Positions 1-12,283 of a stretch of 64,000 nucleotides of DNA are shown in pieces. Where the stretch lies: NCBI RefSeq assembly GCF_009834535.1, contig NC_045705.1, forward strand, positions 30,630,001 through 30,694,000. The letters are read 5' to 3'. The translations under genes and the position numbers were made by a program. Under the pieces are notes generated by a model. It had not been told where the DNA came from. It worked only from the letters and a program-made list of their open reading frames with translations, and did no database searches. Numbering within the stretch: position 1 is the first letter of the stretch; each line of letters opens with the position of its first letter. Origin of the DNA: Camelus ferus. Taxonomy: Eukaryota.

Positions 1-39
1 CTGCCCTGGGAAGAAGAGCTCCTTATTCTTATAAGTCAT

Positions 40-370
40 CACTCCGTAATCTTGGGTAAATTTTTGAAACTTTCTGGGCTTCAGTTGCCTCATCTGTGAA
101 ATGGATATAATAAAGTCTTACATGCTAATAAAAATAATAATGTAATAATTATATCTTATAATAAACAATGTTTTATTAGACTCAGACTATGTTTCAGCAA
201 CTATAATTCTTTGAAGTAGATGCTATATATTATTATCTCTATTTTATAGATAAGGAAACTGAGGCTCCAGAAGATTAAAACAGCTTCCTTAAGTTCACAA
301 GCTAATAAGTGACAGAGTTAGAAATCAAGCCTTGTCTGCAGTATTACAGAGACCACTAGTCTCTACTGCC
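40..370. mobile_element. Two MIR SINE fragments in opposite orientation (about 40-130 +, about 200-370 -)
   Basis: MIR core motifs cttcagttgcctcatctgtgaaatgg and attttatagataaggaaactgaggct. Confidence 0.8.
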
Positions 371-875
371 TCCAAGTCACTGTCATGCCCAGTGTTGCTG
401 GAGGCCTAACCAGATAATATTTTGAGGTCTCTTCTAGCTGTAATTTTTAAATTCTTTGAAATTTCCCCTATGACCTCGACTTCACAAAGTTTATCACAGA
501 GCTTTGTCTGGTGACCTTAGTTTATTGCCATTTAAATGTTAAGTATCGGATTTTGAGGGGGGATACAATTGGAGTGGTCTCTAAACAATAGGAACCATGA
601 TTGTTCAAAAATGTGTTAACTGTACACTTGCATCTCTCAGTTTCAAGTTCATACACTGAGATTTTTATACGTTTAATGGTGGATGACTTCCCTTTAAACA
701 ACGTAAAAGTACTCTGCAAAATTGTTTTTGGAAGGCTTTTTGGCTGATTTTCATCTATGGTCAGCTTGCCCTCTCACCTGTGTTGTCACTCCTTGGTTGT
801 TGATGTTTTCCAGCAAATCCATGGTTGTTCCAGCAAATCTGGATAAACTGTAAAACATAAGTAGCTAGGCTGTAC

Positions 876-880
<5 letters not shown>

Positions 881-907
<27 letters not shown>

Positions 908-908
908 T
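881..908. repeat. (GT)14 microsatellite
   Basis: Directly visible perfect dinucleotide run. Confidence 0.98.
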
Positions 909-1579
909 TTCTGCAGACTGTGAGCTCTTCAGATCATATTCCTCTGGACAGTCTTGAAAGAAGGATACTAAATCCCAGAGGATTTTCTTTCATGTTGTAT
1001 GTAACCTCTACCTCCGAATGTTGTCCTTCAACCAGGGGAAGGTAAAAGGAATTAATATTTAGAGGTGCCACTCTAAGAATAGACCAAGTGTCAGCACTGG
1101 GTCAGGACCTCTGAAGAAGTACATCCAAGAAAATGAGGCTAGAGTAGCTGTAACTTAGAAACCACAGCAGAGTGTGACCAGGTTCTTGTGGTAAAGATAA
1201 AACGAGAAATGTGGTTTTTTTAAGACATTGGAAAGTAATGACGAGAGAAAAACAGGCTGAAATCTGAGAATTCCTATCAGAATTGGGAACCATTCTTCAC
1301 AAACTAAATTGATGGTTACAACACTGTGGCATCAAGGAGCTTGACCTCCACATACTAATATAGAAAAGAATGATACTCTGTGGTCTTGGTTGGTGGGCCC
1401 AGGAGGGCTCTTTTTTATGATCAAGTGTCTTGTTTTTGTTTTTTTTAAATGATGATTTTAGCTTCTTAGGGACGTTTTTATGATGACTATTTTGGTTGCA
1501 AGTACATATACAGATTGCCTTCATTGATGGAGGTTTATTTTAAGGATATGTGAGAATATAAGACAGCATCCCTTCATGA

Positions 1580-1935
1580 ACTCATTCATTTGGTAATTAT
1601 TTTTGAGCACCTACTGTGTGCCTACGTGTACTTGGCAATGAAGAAGGTATAGTGGTGAACAAGACAAATAAGGTAATTACCCACATGGACCTAGGAGTCT
1701 AGTGAGGGAGATAGTCAATAAACAAGTAAACTGATGATGACAACAATAGCTAATAGTTAATAAATACTTGCTATGTGCTGGGTACTGTTCTAAGCATGTA
1801 ACATGTATTATTCAATTCTCAAAATACTATGAGGTGGAATATTAGGATTATCTGCTAATACTAATATTTATTTTAAACCTTAGGAAATTCAGACACACAA
1901 AAGAAACATTCCCAAGGTTACAGAGCTGATAACTG
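1580..1935 (-). mobile_element. L2 3'-end fragment followed by a MIR fragment
   Basis: cattcatt...ttgagcacctactgtgtg (L2 tail, reverse) and aatagctaa...ctatgtgctgggtactgttctaagc...cccaaggttacagagctg (MIR, reverse). Confidence 0.7.
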
Positions 1936-4900
1936 TAACAAGATAAACAACAAGGAAATAACTAGGATAATGTGATATATAGGATGTCCAGAAAGGCCCT
2001 TTGGAGGAAGTGGCATTTGAGGGCTTATCTTAGGGAATGACTGGCTCATCCCATTGGAGAAACAGTAAGTTATCTCAGATCATGTGACTTTCTCTTTGTC
2101 CACCTTTATTACCTAGGCTTTCTGTGTCCAAAAAAATTTTTTTTTAATTGATTTTATTTGCTGCTACTCAGAGTGAAATACCCTTAACAGGCAGTGGTCA
2201 CAGAAAGCCACTTTACAGTGCACTCCCTCATGCACTGCTTATATGTAATAAGTGAAAACAATAAAATACTTAGTCATAAAGATTATTTGTGTCATGTAAT
2301 CTAGTATAAATATGGAGATGGAAGTATTTATCAGTTTTTAGAAAAAGAACATTAATAGTACCATTCTGATACATATTAATTATCAGAATTCAGTTGAGAA
2401 TTTGCATACTTTTTAATATACTCTAATAGTAAAAAGTAGCATCAAATTCCTTTTGTACTGTTTTAATTAGAATAAATTCGTGAAATATGAACGTTATTAA
2501 TTCACTCTTGGAGGAAAAAGGAGATTCCAATAGTGCAGATTCTTAAATCACTTAAAATGTAACTCTAATGAAAATAATCCGTGATTATAAAATATGTATT
2601 AGTTCTTATTTTTTAAACAGGTGCTCTAAGCCCTATGACAGATGACCCACTTCTGTCTTCAGTAATCTAGGACAACCAGGGCGTAAACTTTCAGTTCTAA
2701 AGTTGGCAGATTTTTTAGGATTATCTACCACCCAGCATTTAAGTAATGTTGTTTTGGGTTCTTCTTGTGCCCATGGTAACAGAGGAGCAGATATGGAGCA
2801 ACAAGAAACACCTCAGAAGAAACCAGGACTCCACTGATTTCTAGGCTCATAGCTTTGAATGAGGGATGGACTTGAGACTTCTCTGGGCAATTTCTGCTCC
2901 ATGTTTTCCCAACTTACTGTTGTTAAATTGAGCCACAATGTGGTGTGGTGACGTAATGGTGACTAATCCTATTATAGGCTTCTTCAAAAGGGGTAATGCT
3001 TCTCCTGGCCTGCCCCCACCCCCATCTTTTTTCCATAGTTCAGCTCTGAGCTCAAGTTGACACATTGTAACAGAAAATTATCCATTTTTCACTGTCAGCA
3101 TCTGGATTCTCAGACTCAGATAATTGCTAGGAATAGATTTTGCCATGGCTGAAGCAGTCCCATCCTCACTGTTATTGGCCCCAGCACTTCTGTTAAGCCA
3201 TCCATCATTTGTGAAGTCTGTGGGAGATTCTGTTTCTTTTCTGTGTTACCAGAGATATCTTATAGCAAAAGGACACCAGGGAGACACAGTGGTGAGTTTA
3301 GAGTCACCAAAATCTATTTTGAAACTTAAAAATCCAGGTTCATTGAGAATATAAGAAGTACTTATATGCTTAGAATCCATCTCTCTTCTTCAGTCCCTTC
3401 ATGTTTTGATTACAGGAAACCATCCAGCAGCACTTGACCTGGTAACTAAGGAAGCCATTTCACAGCCCACTGATCCCCTGACTCATTTAGAAGTTGGAGT
3501 CAAAGGTTATGGAAGTAATAATTGGGCCCAGATTCTCATTGTCAGGAAAGACTAACCTGACCCCCTCCCTGCTACAAGTTAAGGGAAATTTAGCTGTTGT
3601 GAAACCATCCAATAAGAGGAAATGAAGGAACTCCATCCTTGGATGAAGTATTCTCAAGACTCAGTGATATTACTTCTGTTTTCATGGGAGCTACCTTTAC
3701 AGCTAGCTAATATAAATTTTAGGTATAATTCTCCACACTAAAATATTTCCCCTTAGAGAAATTACTTGATTTATTTTAATCTATAAATTATATAATCTTC
3801 ACTTGGTCCAATCCAAGCCCTGATATTCCTTCTCATACCACTTCTCTGATAATTCCCTGAGTACTCTGGAAATCAGGTAGACACACACAGATCTGAGGTA
3901 ACATATCAATAGTGCTCTTAGCCATGTAAAATAGCTCATCAGAAGTTAAGAAACTTTACTTCATCAACAGTCGAACGATTTAAACTCACCCGTGCTTTTA
4001 ATTTCTTCCGCAGTTTGCTCAGAGCGCTAGAAGATCTGCGGTGCGGGCGGCATAGGCCTGGCACAAGAGCAGGAAAGAATGACACAATCTGGCACCTTTA
4101 ACCAGAAGATCCTTAATGAACTGGGATTGGGGTGGAGGGGACAGAGGGGAAGGAGGATGGACAGTTAGATTTTTGGCAGCCGCACAGAAGTCCTTCTTCC
4201 CTGAGGAAAGTGAAATAAAAGTCAAATGAAGCTTCTCTCTGTTATTATGATTTGCTAAGATGTTTGTCTGTCCTTAGCTTCCAGCCCCATGGCAGGTGCA
4301 TCTTTGCAGTCAGTGACTTCCACGCAAAACAGATTGTTTCTCAGAATCCCTCAAGAGGGGTCAGGGCCAATTTCCTGTCTGAAGCCGTAACTGTGATTTC
4401 TTTCTTCAGCTATCAGATGCAGTTCTGACCAGGACAGTGGAAACTGTCTTATCAGAAAATGTCATGAGCATGTAAATTTATTTTAGGGCTCATCATTCCA
4501 GGATTTCTGGGTTCTGGGACTGCAACTGTAGGCAATGCCATTTCCAGGGTGGCCGTAGAAGCAGCCTGAATTTATCCTTTTGTCATTAAATAAGGTAAAT
4601 AACAAATGTCTTTATCAAGGTCCTTGTATTATATATGCCAAGTAAAAACCATCATTAGGGATGATAAGACCTATCTCATAGGGGTGTTATGCAAATCTAG
4701 TGAAATGGCAGGTGTAAAATGTCTGGTGATGTATAATTCATTTTCATTATGTCTCATTCCTCTTTAGCTCCAGTCTTCTGGGGTTTTTGCTTCCCTCCTA
4801 CTTCATGACTCTTTTGAAAAATGACAGTCTTCCTCGTCTTTCTCTTTAAATGGAATCGGAGTTGAGATCTTGATTACTTTTTAGTCTCTCGTTTTCTGTA

Positions 4901-5966
4901 GCGCTTTTTGCTTACCCTGCATTTTTTGGAGGTTAAAAAGACATTTGATGATTTTCTGCATGACTATTAGCCATTTAGTGTCACCAGTTCACTCATTATT
5001 TAGTTCATTCAGAGGACAGCCTAAGAAAGCTTTTCTGTCTTTTTTTCCCTTCACATATAAGCCATTTCCTCACTTCCTGTCTATACCCTTTTTCCTCTGG
5101 CTGCCAAGATTTTAAAAATTCAAGGTGTAATGGGAGACCTGACCCAGTCAAGTCTATTCCACTTGTGTTGTTCCTACTCTTAGCTCTAGCAATACAGTGA
5201 TGTGCTCAGGATAATGAAAAGCAGACATTCTCTGTTGAGGTCATTGCTCGTCACACTGGCAGCCTGCTCCAGGAAGCTGTTTATCTGTGCTTACTGAGCC
5301 AAACTCCAGCCTCCAAACAGTTGGAATGTATTGAGAAACCACAGAGCCCAAAGAGAGAATGTTACGCAGGCATTTCCAGGCAGGGAGAGTATATTTACAC
5401 CACACAAGCTGCAGTTTGCATGTGTGGGGATAATTGTTCATCTGCACACTCTCAGACTTCACCTTCTATGCAATATATGTGCCCTTTCAAGGGGGTTTAA
5501 CCAGGAGAACTATGCTGCTACATCCAAATGGCCCTGAACATCCACTAACTTGCTGTCAGGAAAAAAGATATTATAGAAAATTGATGTAAAAACCACCTTT
5601 TTAAGGTAGTGTTTTTCTGAGTCAATTTGTTGTTTGGAATCTTAAACCACACAGGCCTGATCTCTAAAGTATCCCCAAACACTGTTCTTTTCATGGTTTT
5701 TCCAACTAAATGTTTTTCTTCATGCTTTTACCAAAAAATAAAGTATTGTTATAGAGCTTCAAACGTGGCCTGTATCATTAGGCATACAAGATATGGTCAC
5801 ATACCTATAAGGGGATGTACTCTGGTTGAGGAGATAAAGCTTATTAATTAGCAATTAGAGAACAATTCAAGACCTTATACAATGGCTTTAAACTGTGAGA
5901 TCTGAGAGTAAGGTGACATAATGGGTACCAGAGTAGTTACATCATAGAGGAGTTTGTCTTGACCTG

Positions 5967-6531
5967 TGTGATGGTTAATTTTCTATGGCAATCGGACCAG
6001 GCTAAGGGGTGCTCTAATAGCTGGTAAAACATTATTTCTGGATGTGTTTATGAAGGGGTTTTCAGAAGAGATTAGCATTTGAATCAGTAAACTGAATAAA
6101 GAAAATTGCCCTCACCAGTGCTTGTTGGCATCATCTAATTCATTGAGGACCTGTTTGGAACAAAAAAGTAAAGAAAGATAAATGGACTCTTTTTGCTTGA
6201 GCTGAGTGTCCATTTTTTCCTGCCCTTAGACATTGACATTTCTGGTTCTCAAGCCTCCAAACTTGAACTAGAACTTAAGCATTGGCCCCCTAGATTCTTA
6301 GGCCTTTGGACATGAACTGGGACTTACACCATTGGCTTCCCTGACTCTTAGGCCTTCAGACTTGGTTGAATTACACCACCTGACTTTCCTGGTTCTCCAG
6401 TTTGCAGATGGCAGATCATGGGACTTCTTGGCCTCCATAATCACAGAAGCCAATTCCATAATACATAAAATAAATTTCCTCTCTCTGTATCTCTATTGGT
6501 TTTGTTTCTTGGGATAATGCTGACTAACATA
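5967..6531 (+). mobile_element. MLT2-family (ERVL) solo LTR with intact 5-bp TSD
   Basis: Starts tgtgatggttaatt, ends tgactaacata; ACCTG at both 5962-5966 and 6532-6536. Confidence 0.9.
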
Positions 6532-6599
6532 ACCTGGAAAGATGAGTAGAATTTGGATAAGCAAAAAGAAAGAAGTATTTTTAAGTAATATGAAAGCCA

Positions 6600-6955
6600 C
6601 ATAGTGGTAAAAACACAGACCTTGTAATCAGATGTATGTCTGAGAGCCTGCAACTTAACTAGTATGTTATTTTGGGCAGGTTGCTTAACCTCATCTATAA
6701 AATAGGGAGACTCATGTAAAAATGTAAAATTTCATGTTACATGATTGTTAGAAGGATTAAATGATATAATGAATGTAAAGTGCTTGGCATTCTATGTAAG
6801 ATATGCTGAGTGTTGAATGAATGATAGCTATTGCTACTGTTGTTCATTCATTCAACAAATATTTACTGAGTGCCTTTTTGTTAGTATTCTGGATGCTAGG
6901 GGTTACAGAAGTGAACAGAACACAAGAAACCCCAACCTTCATGGAGCTTCCATTC
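6600..6955. mobile_element. MIR (+) followed by an L2 tail (-)
   Basis: gggcaggttgcttaacctcatctataaaatagg...aaagtgcttggca; ttcattcattcaacaaatatttactgagtgcc. Confidence 0.75.
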
Positions 6956-6999
6956 TGAAATTGGCTTTTATACTGAAACTAGCTTTATTTCATTTTTTT

Positions 7000-9600
7000 C
7001 CTCTTTTAATTTTTTTAGACTTACAAAAAATTTGCAAAAAATGATGTAGGTTCCTATATCCCTATCACCCAGCTGTCATTAATGTTAACATCTTCTATAA
7101 CCTTAGTATAATTATGAAAATCAGGGACTTATTAACTGAAAGCTGTTAACTATCTATAGACCTTATTTAAGTTTTTCCCGTTATTTTTGAAGGGCAGTTT
7201 TTTCTTGTATAAATTCTAGGCTGGCAGTTATTTTCCTTTAGCATTTTGTATATACCACTCCACTGTCTTCTGGTTTACACTATTTCTGTTGAGAAGTCAG
7301 CTGTCAGTCTTATTCTTACACCTTTGAAAATAATCTGTCCTTTTATAATAATCTCTGGCAACTTTTTGGATATTTAGTCTTTTTTTTTTTTTTTGGTAGT
7401 TTTTCTATAATGTGCTTAGGTTTGCTTTTCTTTATATTTATAAATTAATTTTGGTTCTTAGTGCTTCTCAAACATGTAACCTGATGTCTTTAATCAGTTT
7501 TGGAAAGTTCTCAGTGCTTAGCTTTTCAAATTTACTTCTGTTCTACTATCTACAGTCCTTCTGGGATTCCAGTTACACAAACGTTAGACCTTTTCATGGT
7601 ATCCTGTCTTATGCACTTTTATGCATTTTTCATCATTTTGTCTTTTATGCTTAATTCTGAATATTTTCCTGACTTATTTTCCATTCATCAATTCTCTTTT
7701 CATTTATGTCTAATCTGCTGTTAAACCCATCTACTGAGTTTATAATTCCATTTTTTTTTTTTTTTAGTCTTACTATGGTACTTTTAATCAGTCTGTTTTA
7801 AATACAAGAGAATGAAAAAAGTAATTGCAAAGTGGGGAAACTGAATGGTTGAAGGTTAGTTTGAAGAAACCTTAGGATTCATTATTAGTATTTCTCATAC
7901 TTTTCTTATTCTTGCCCCCTGCCCCTTGCATGGTGCATATTCATTCTTTCTTATTTTTATTCTCAGCAGTGAAGAAGATTTTAATTTGCTTACTTTCTAA
8001 TGTTTATTCCTGTTGTTTATTGTGAAAACCTTATACAGTTCAAGTATGTTTTGTTTGTTTGTTTTTTAAAGACTTTATTTTTAGAGCAGTTTTAGGTTCA
8101 CAGCAAAATTGAGAGGAAGGTAGAGATTTTCCATATACCATTTGCTCCTCAAAATGCATAGCTTCCCTCATTATCAACATCCCCTACCAGGGTGGCACAT
8201 TTGTTACAATTGATGAACCTACTTTGTCACATCATTATCACACAAAGTCCATAGTTTACCTTAGGGTTCACTCTTGGTGTTGTGCATCTTGTGGAGTTGG
8301 ACAGATGTATAATGACATATCCATCATTATACTATTATACAGAATATTTTCACTGCTCTAAAAATCCTCTCCTCTACCTGTTTATCCCTCTTTCCCACCC
8401 CAACCCCCAGCAACTATTGATCTTTTTCGTGTCTTCATAGTTTTTCCTTTTCTAGAATGTCATACAGTTGGAATAATACAATATGTAGCCTTTTCCTATT
8501 ATATTTTTTTAGTTCAAGAATTGCCATTCAGTTCTCTTTTAATGGTTTCTTTACTAGATCTTATCTTTCATTTGCTTGACCAAAGTTAATCATGGTTATT
8601 AAAGAGTCCTTCAGTCATTATTTGGATTCCCTGTGGGTTTGTGTTTACTATCAGTTCTATCTCTTGGTTTTTCACTCCATTGTCTTATCTTCTTATATAC
8701 TTTTTTCTTTTAGTTGAGTGTTGTATATTGTATATGAAAATCTATAGAAATAATCTGAGGCCTAGAATGATGTTATCTTTCTTCAGAGAGGATTTACATT
8801 TGCTTCTGGCAGATGGCCTGAGCACTAGCAATCCCGGATTACCTCAATCCAGTCAGGGCTTGAAATCATTTGAAGCTGGGCTAAAGTATCAGAGAGGGCT
8901 GATCTGTTTCTATATATAGCTTTTTATGGTGCCCACCAGAGCCTACTCCTGCTAATATAATTACATTCCACTAGAATAAAACGTCCAAATACTTCTGGAT
9001 TTACCAGAGTCCCTCTCCCCAACCTGGGTGGGTCCTGAATTCCAGTGTTTTGACTGCCAAGTTTTAAGAAAATCATTTGAAAACCCAAGGACCTAACATT
9101 AATTCAAAACTATTACCTGCTCAGTCTGTCAGCTGCCTCTTTCATGACTGGCAGAAGCCCCTGGAACTACTAGTGGGTATAATAATACCTTATTTTGAAG
9201 TGGTGATAAGTGGTATTGTGGGATATCTGGAACAACTTTAATGTGATATGAAAATATCTGAGATTTCTATTGTTGAAAAAAACCACAGGTACTACTGATT
9301 GTACTATGTTTACATTCATAATTGAAGGAAATAGTAAATTCCAGTTAAAGGTTAGCAAAAATAAAGATGTAGTTTTTTTTTTCTGTCCAAGTTTGTGGAT
9401 CCCTTGAATTCAATCCATGGACCCTTCTGTTTGGAATTCCTGCCCTTGGGGAAAAGTGGCACCAAACGCTGGACTCACCTCTTTGGATTTTATTCTCCTT
9501 TTATAACCTGGCCTTGTCATTCTTCATTTGACTTCCTGGCTCTCTGATGACTTCCAACAGATGCTTTTAATAGTTCATCTGGTTTTTCTCAGCCAGGAGC
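7000..9600 (-). mobile_element. Cluster of old L1M fragments (ORF1/5' region) with a nested L1MC-type 3' end (about 8065-8500)
   Basis: gagaagtcagctgtcagtcttatt (reverse ORF1); agactttatttttagagcagttttaggttcacagcaaaattg (L1MC 3' end). Confidence 0.7.
9190..9442. mobile_element. hAT-Charlie (Charlie4-like) DNA transposon end
   Basis: cataattgaaggaaatagtaaattccagtt...ggatcccttgaattcaatccatggaccc...ggaattcctg resembles a recalled Charlie4 terminus. Confidence 0.6.
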
Positions 9601-10402
9601 ATTGGTCTAAATTACTTGGTCTACCGTTATTATAAGAGGAAGTATTTGGACATTTTATTCTAGTGGAATGTAATTATATTAGCAGGAGTAGAAAATATCA
9701 TACACTGTAAGGGGTCATAAAGGAGTCTAACTTGACTTGTGGAGGACTAGTACATGTTGAAAAGCAACAAACAGGAAATATATAATTAGGACAGGGCCAG
9801 TTTGTGGAAGGCTCAATTATGTTGAGATAAGAAGAAAGGCATAGTAAAAGACAGTGCCTTATAAAGGCTGAGAAATAAATTCACTACCTGGTCTTCTTTT
9901 AACTTTTAAAATTATAAAATTGTAACTATTTATTGTCTTACTAAATGCCAATCACTATGCCATACATGACCCTCAAGGAATTCACTGTCATTCTTATGGG
10001 AGGAAGAAGTAATGGCAGTTTACATATCAGAAAAACACTTGTTATTCTACAATGTTTGTCTGCCTGCTATATGCTAGACACCATGCTGGTGAAGGATATA
10101 AGATGAATAAGCCCATTGAACTCAAGGAACATATGAACTCAAGAAGAAAATCAGATGTAGGCATAATTATTAAGATGCTATTAAGTAAGTGCCAAGTAGA
10201 ATTTCAGGCAGCGTGTTTTGGGATAAGTGGAAAAAGAGGTTTATTCTGACTATGAATTTTGAGAAAAGCTTCAAATGGTCCTTAGAAGATGAATAATGGA
10301 GACTGGGAACTGAGCAGGGAGGGCATCTCCAGCCAAGGGATCAGCATGAGCAAGGGCGCAGAGGTTTGGTGTATTCAGACAATGACAAAGTGTCTATGGT
10401 CA

Positions 10403-10757
10403 GTGCTTTAGTCTATTCAAGCTGCTAAACAAACTATCATAGACTATGTGGCTTATAAACAACAGAAATCTATTTCTCACAGTTTTAGAGGCTTAATGTG
10501 CAAGATCAAGGCTGGCAGATTCCATGTCTGTTGAGCTCTGCTTCCTAGTTCATAGACAGCTGTCTTTTCGCTGTATACTACCATGGCAGAAGGGGCACGG
10601 GACCTCCTCCGGCCCTCTTTTATAAGGGCACCAATCCCATTCATGAGGACTCCTCCCTCATGACCTACCTCCTGAAGGCTCCATCTCCAAATATTGTCAC
10701 ATAGGGGATTAGGTTTCAACATACATATTTTGAGGGGGACACAAATATCCAGCATGT
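10403..10757 (-). mobile_element. MLT1A-type MaLR LTR
   Basis: ggcttataaacaacagaaatctatttctcacag...tttgagggggacacaaat; explains ORF 10477..10860. Confidence 0.85.
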
Positions 10758-11699
10758 TGTGAAGTAAAGAGCTCAGGAAGAGAGTTAAGTGAGGTGTTGG
10801 AAAGATATTTTGTTCATGGAATTTTTCTATCCAATGTGACTGGTAGGATATTGGTGCCATTGCCTGAGATCATTCAATTCAGGAAATATTTCTTACAGAC
10901 CCTTTATGTTCCTGAGTTTCTGGCAGGTGCTGGGGAAATAGTGATTAATAAGGCATGGTCCCTACCTTGAGGGTACTCACAGTCACATAGGCCAGTGATT
11001 AACTTACTTGTGATTTGAGCTAACTAGAGGTTCAAGATGGTAAGAATAAGAAGGTCCAGAGGAAAGATATATTAATTAAGCCTGAAGTATCAGGGAAGGT
11101 ATCATAGAACAGGTAGCCCTCTAAGCTGAGTTTTCTTTCCCTGATTTATTTATTTTTTTAAAGCAAAGTTATACGTGCATACAGTTTAAAGAGTAAAATA
11201 GTTCTACAAGAATTGTAAAAAAAAAAAAAATCCCTCAAAAGTCTCAATTTAGTTTCTCATTCCTTAGAAATAATCAAGTTCAACTCAGAGTGATTTGCTT
11301 AGCATTTATCTCTAGATCTCTAAATTACTTGCTTATGTTGCTGCTTCTTGATATTTTCAAAATCAGGCATTATCTATCTTACTGCTGTGTAAGATGTAAG
11401 TCTAATTCCCTTTAACACACTTTACCACACATATGTATCTTAACTTACCCACCCCCTAACCTTCCAATACATATATCAAGATTGTTGTTATATAAATATC
11501 CAGGTTTATATTTTATAACTCTAGAGCATTGTTGACACCTGGACTATGTTGTACAACCTTCTCACCCCTGGAATTGCCCCCTTTTTCCTCTTGTTTGGTG
11601 AGTTTCCTATAAACTTATCATCAGTTGAACTAAATTCTACCCAACTGAATAAATTTCCCTTTAGTACTGTGCTATTTATTTTTCATTTGCCCCTCTATA

Positions 11700-12125
11700 C
11701 CCACTCTCCACATTTCTCTATGTTAGAAGGTAAGTCTGTATGGACTTTAGTCCATAGACTTTCCTGCCCTGTGGCTTCCATTTGAATTAAAGCCCATGGG
11801 GAGTGTTGATGGGGGACTGAAGGGCAGGAGGAGAGATTGCATATATGTATTCACTTGTTTCTCTCTCTACCAGTTTGCTGTGGGTTCCTCTACTGAAGGT
11901 CACAACTCAAGTTGGATGGTCCCTACTCTTTCTGGATTCAAGAAACCATTCCCTCCGCTTGTCTCTTCAGGCCTAGGGGTAAAAACAGATCCTAACTGTT
12001 GCTAGCCCTAAGGTAATCCACTTTCCCTTAACCCTGTCTGCACCTTTGTAAATATTCTTTTTTAAAAAGCTTTCCTTGGCTATCCTTTTAAAATGCATTA
12101 TCTGTTAACTGCCAGGACTGACTCT
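11700..12125 (+). mobile_element. ERVL LTR (LTR33-like)
   Basis: gttgctagccct...cacctttgtaaat...atctgttaactgccaggactgact resembles an LTR33 terminus. Confidence 0.55.
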
Positions 12126-12283
12126 GGTAGAAGCATGTATATTAGGAGTCTTCTGCAGAATCTTCTGAATGCTTTATCTTTATTATTTTATCTCTGTGCC
12201 TGCTATACAGCAGTGATCTCGGGATCTCTGGACTTTCCCCATTACCCTTGGGATCCCCTGTCTTCTTTCTTCCTTGGTTTTGG

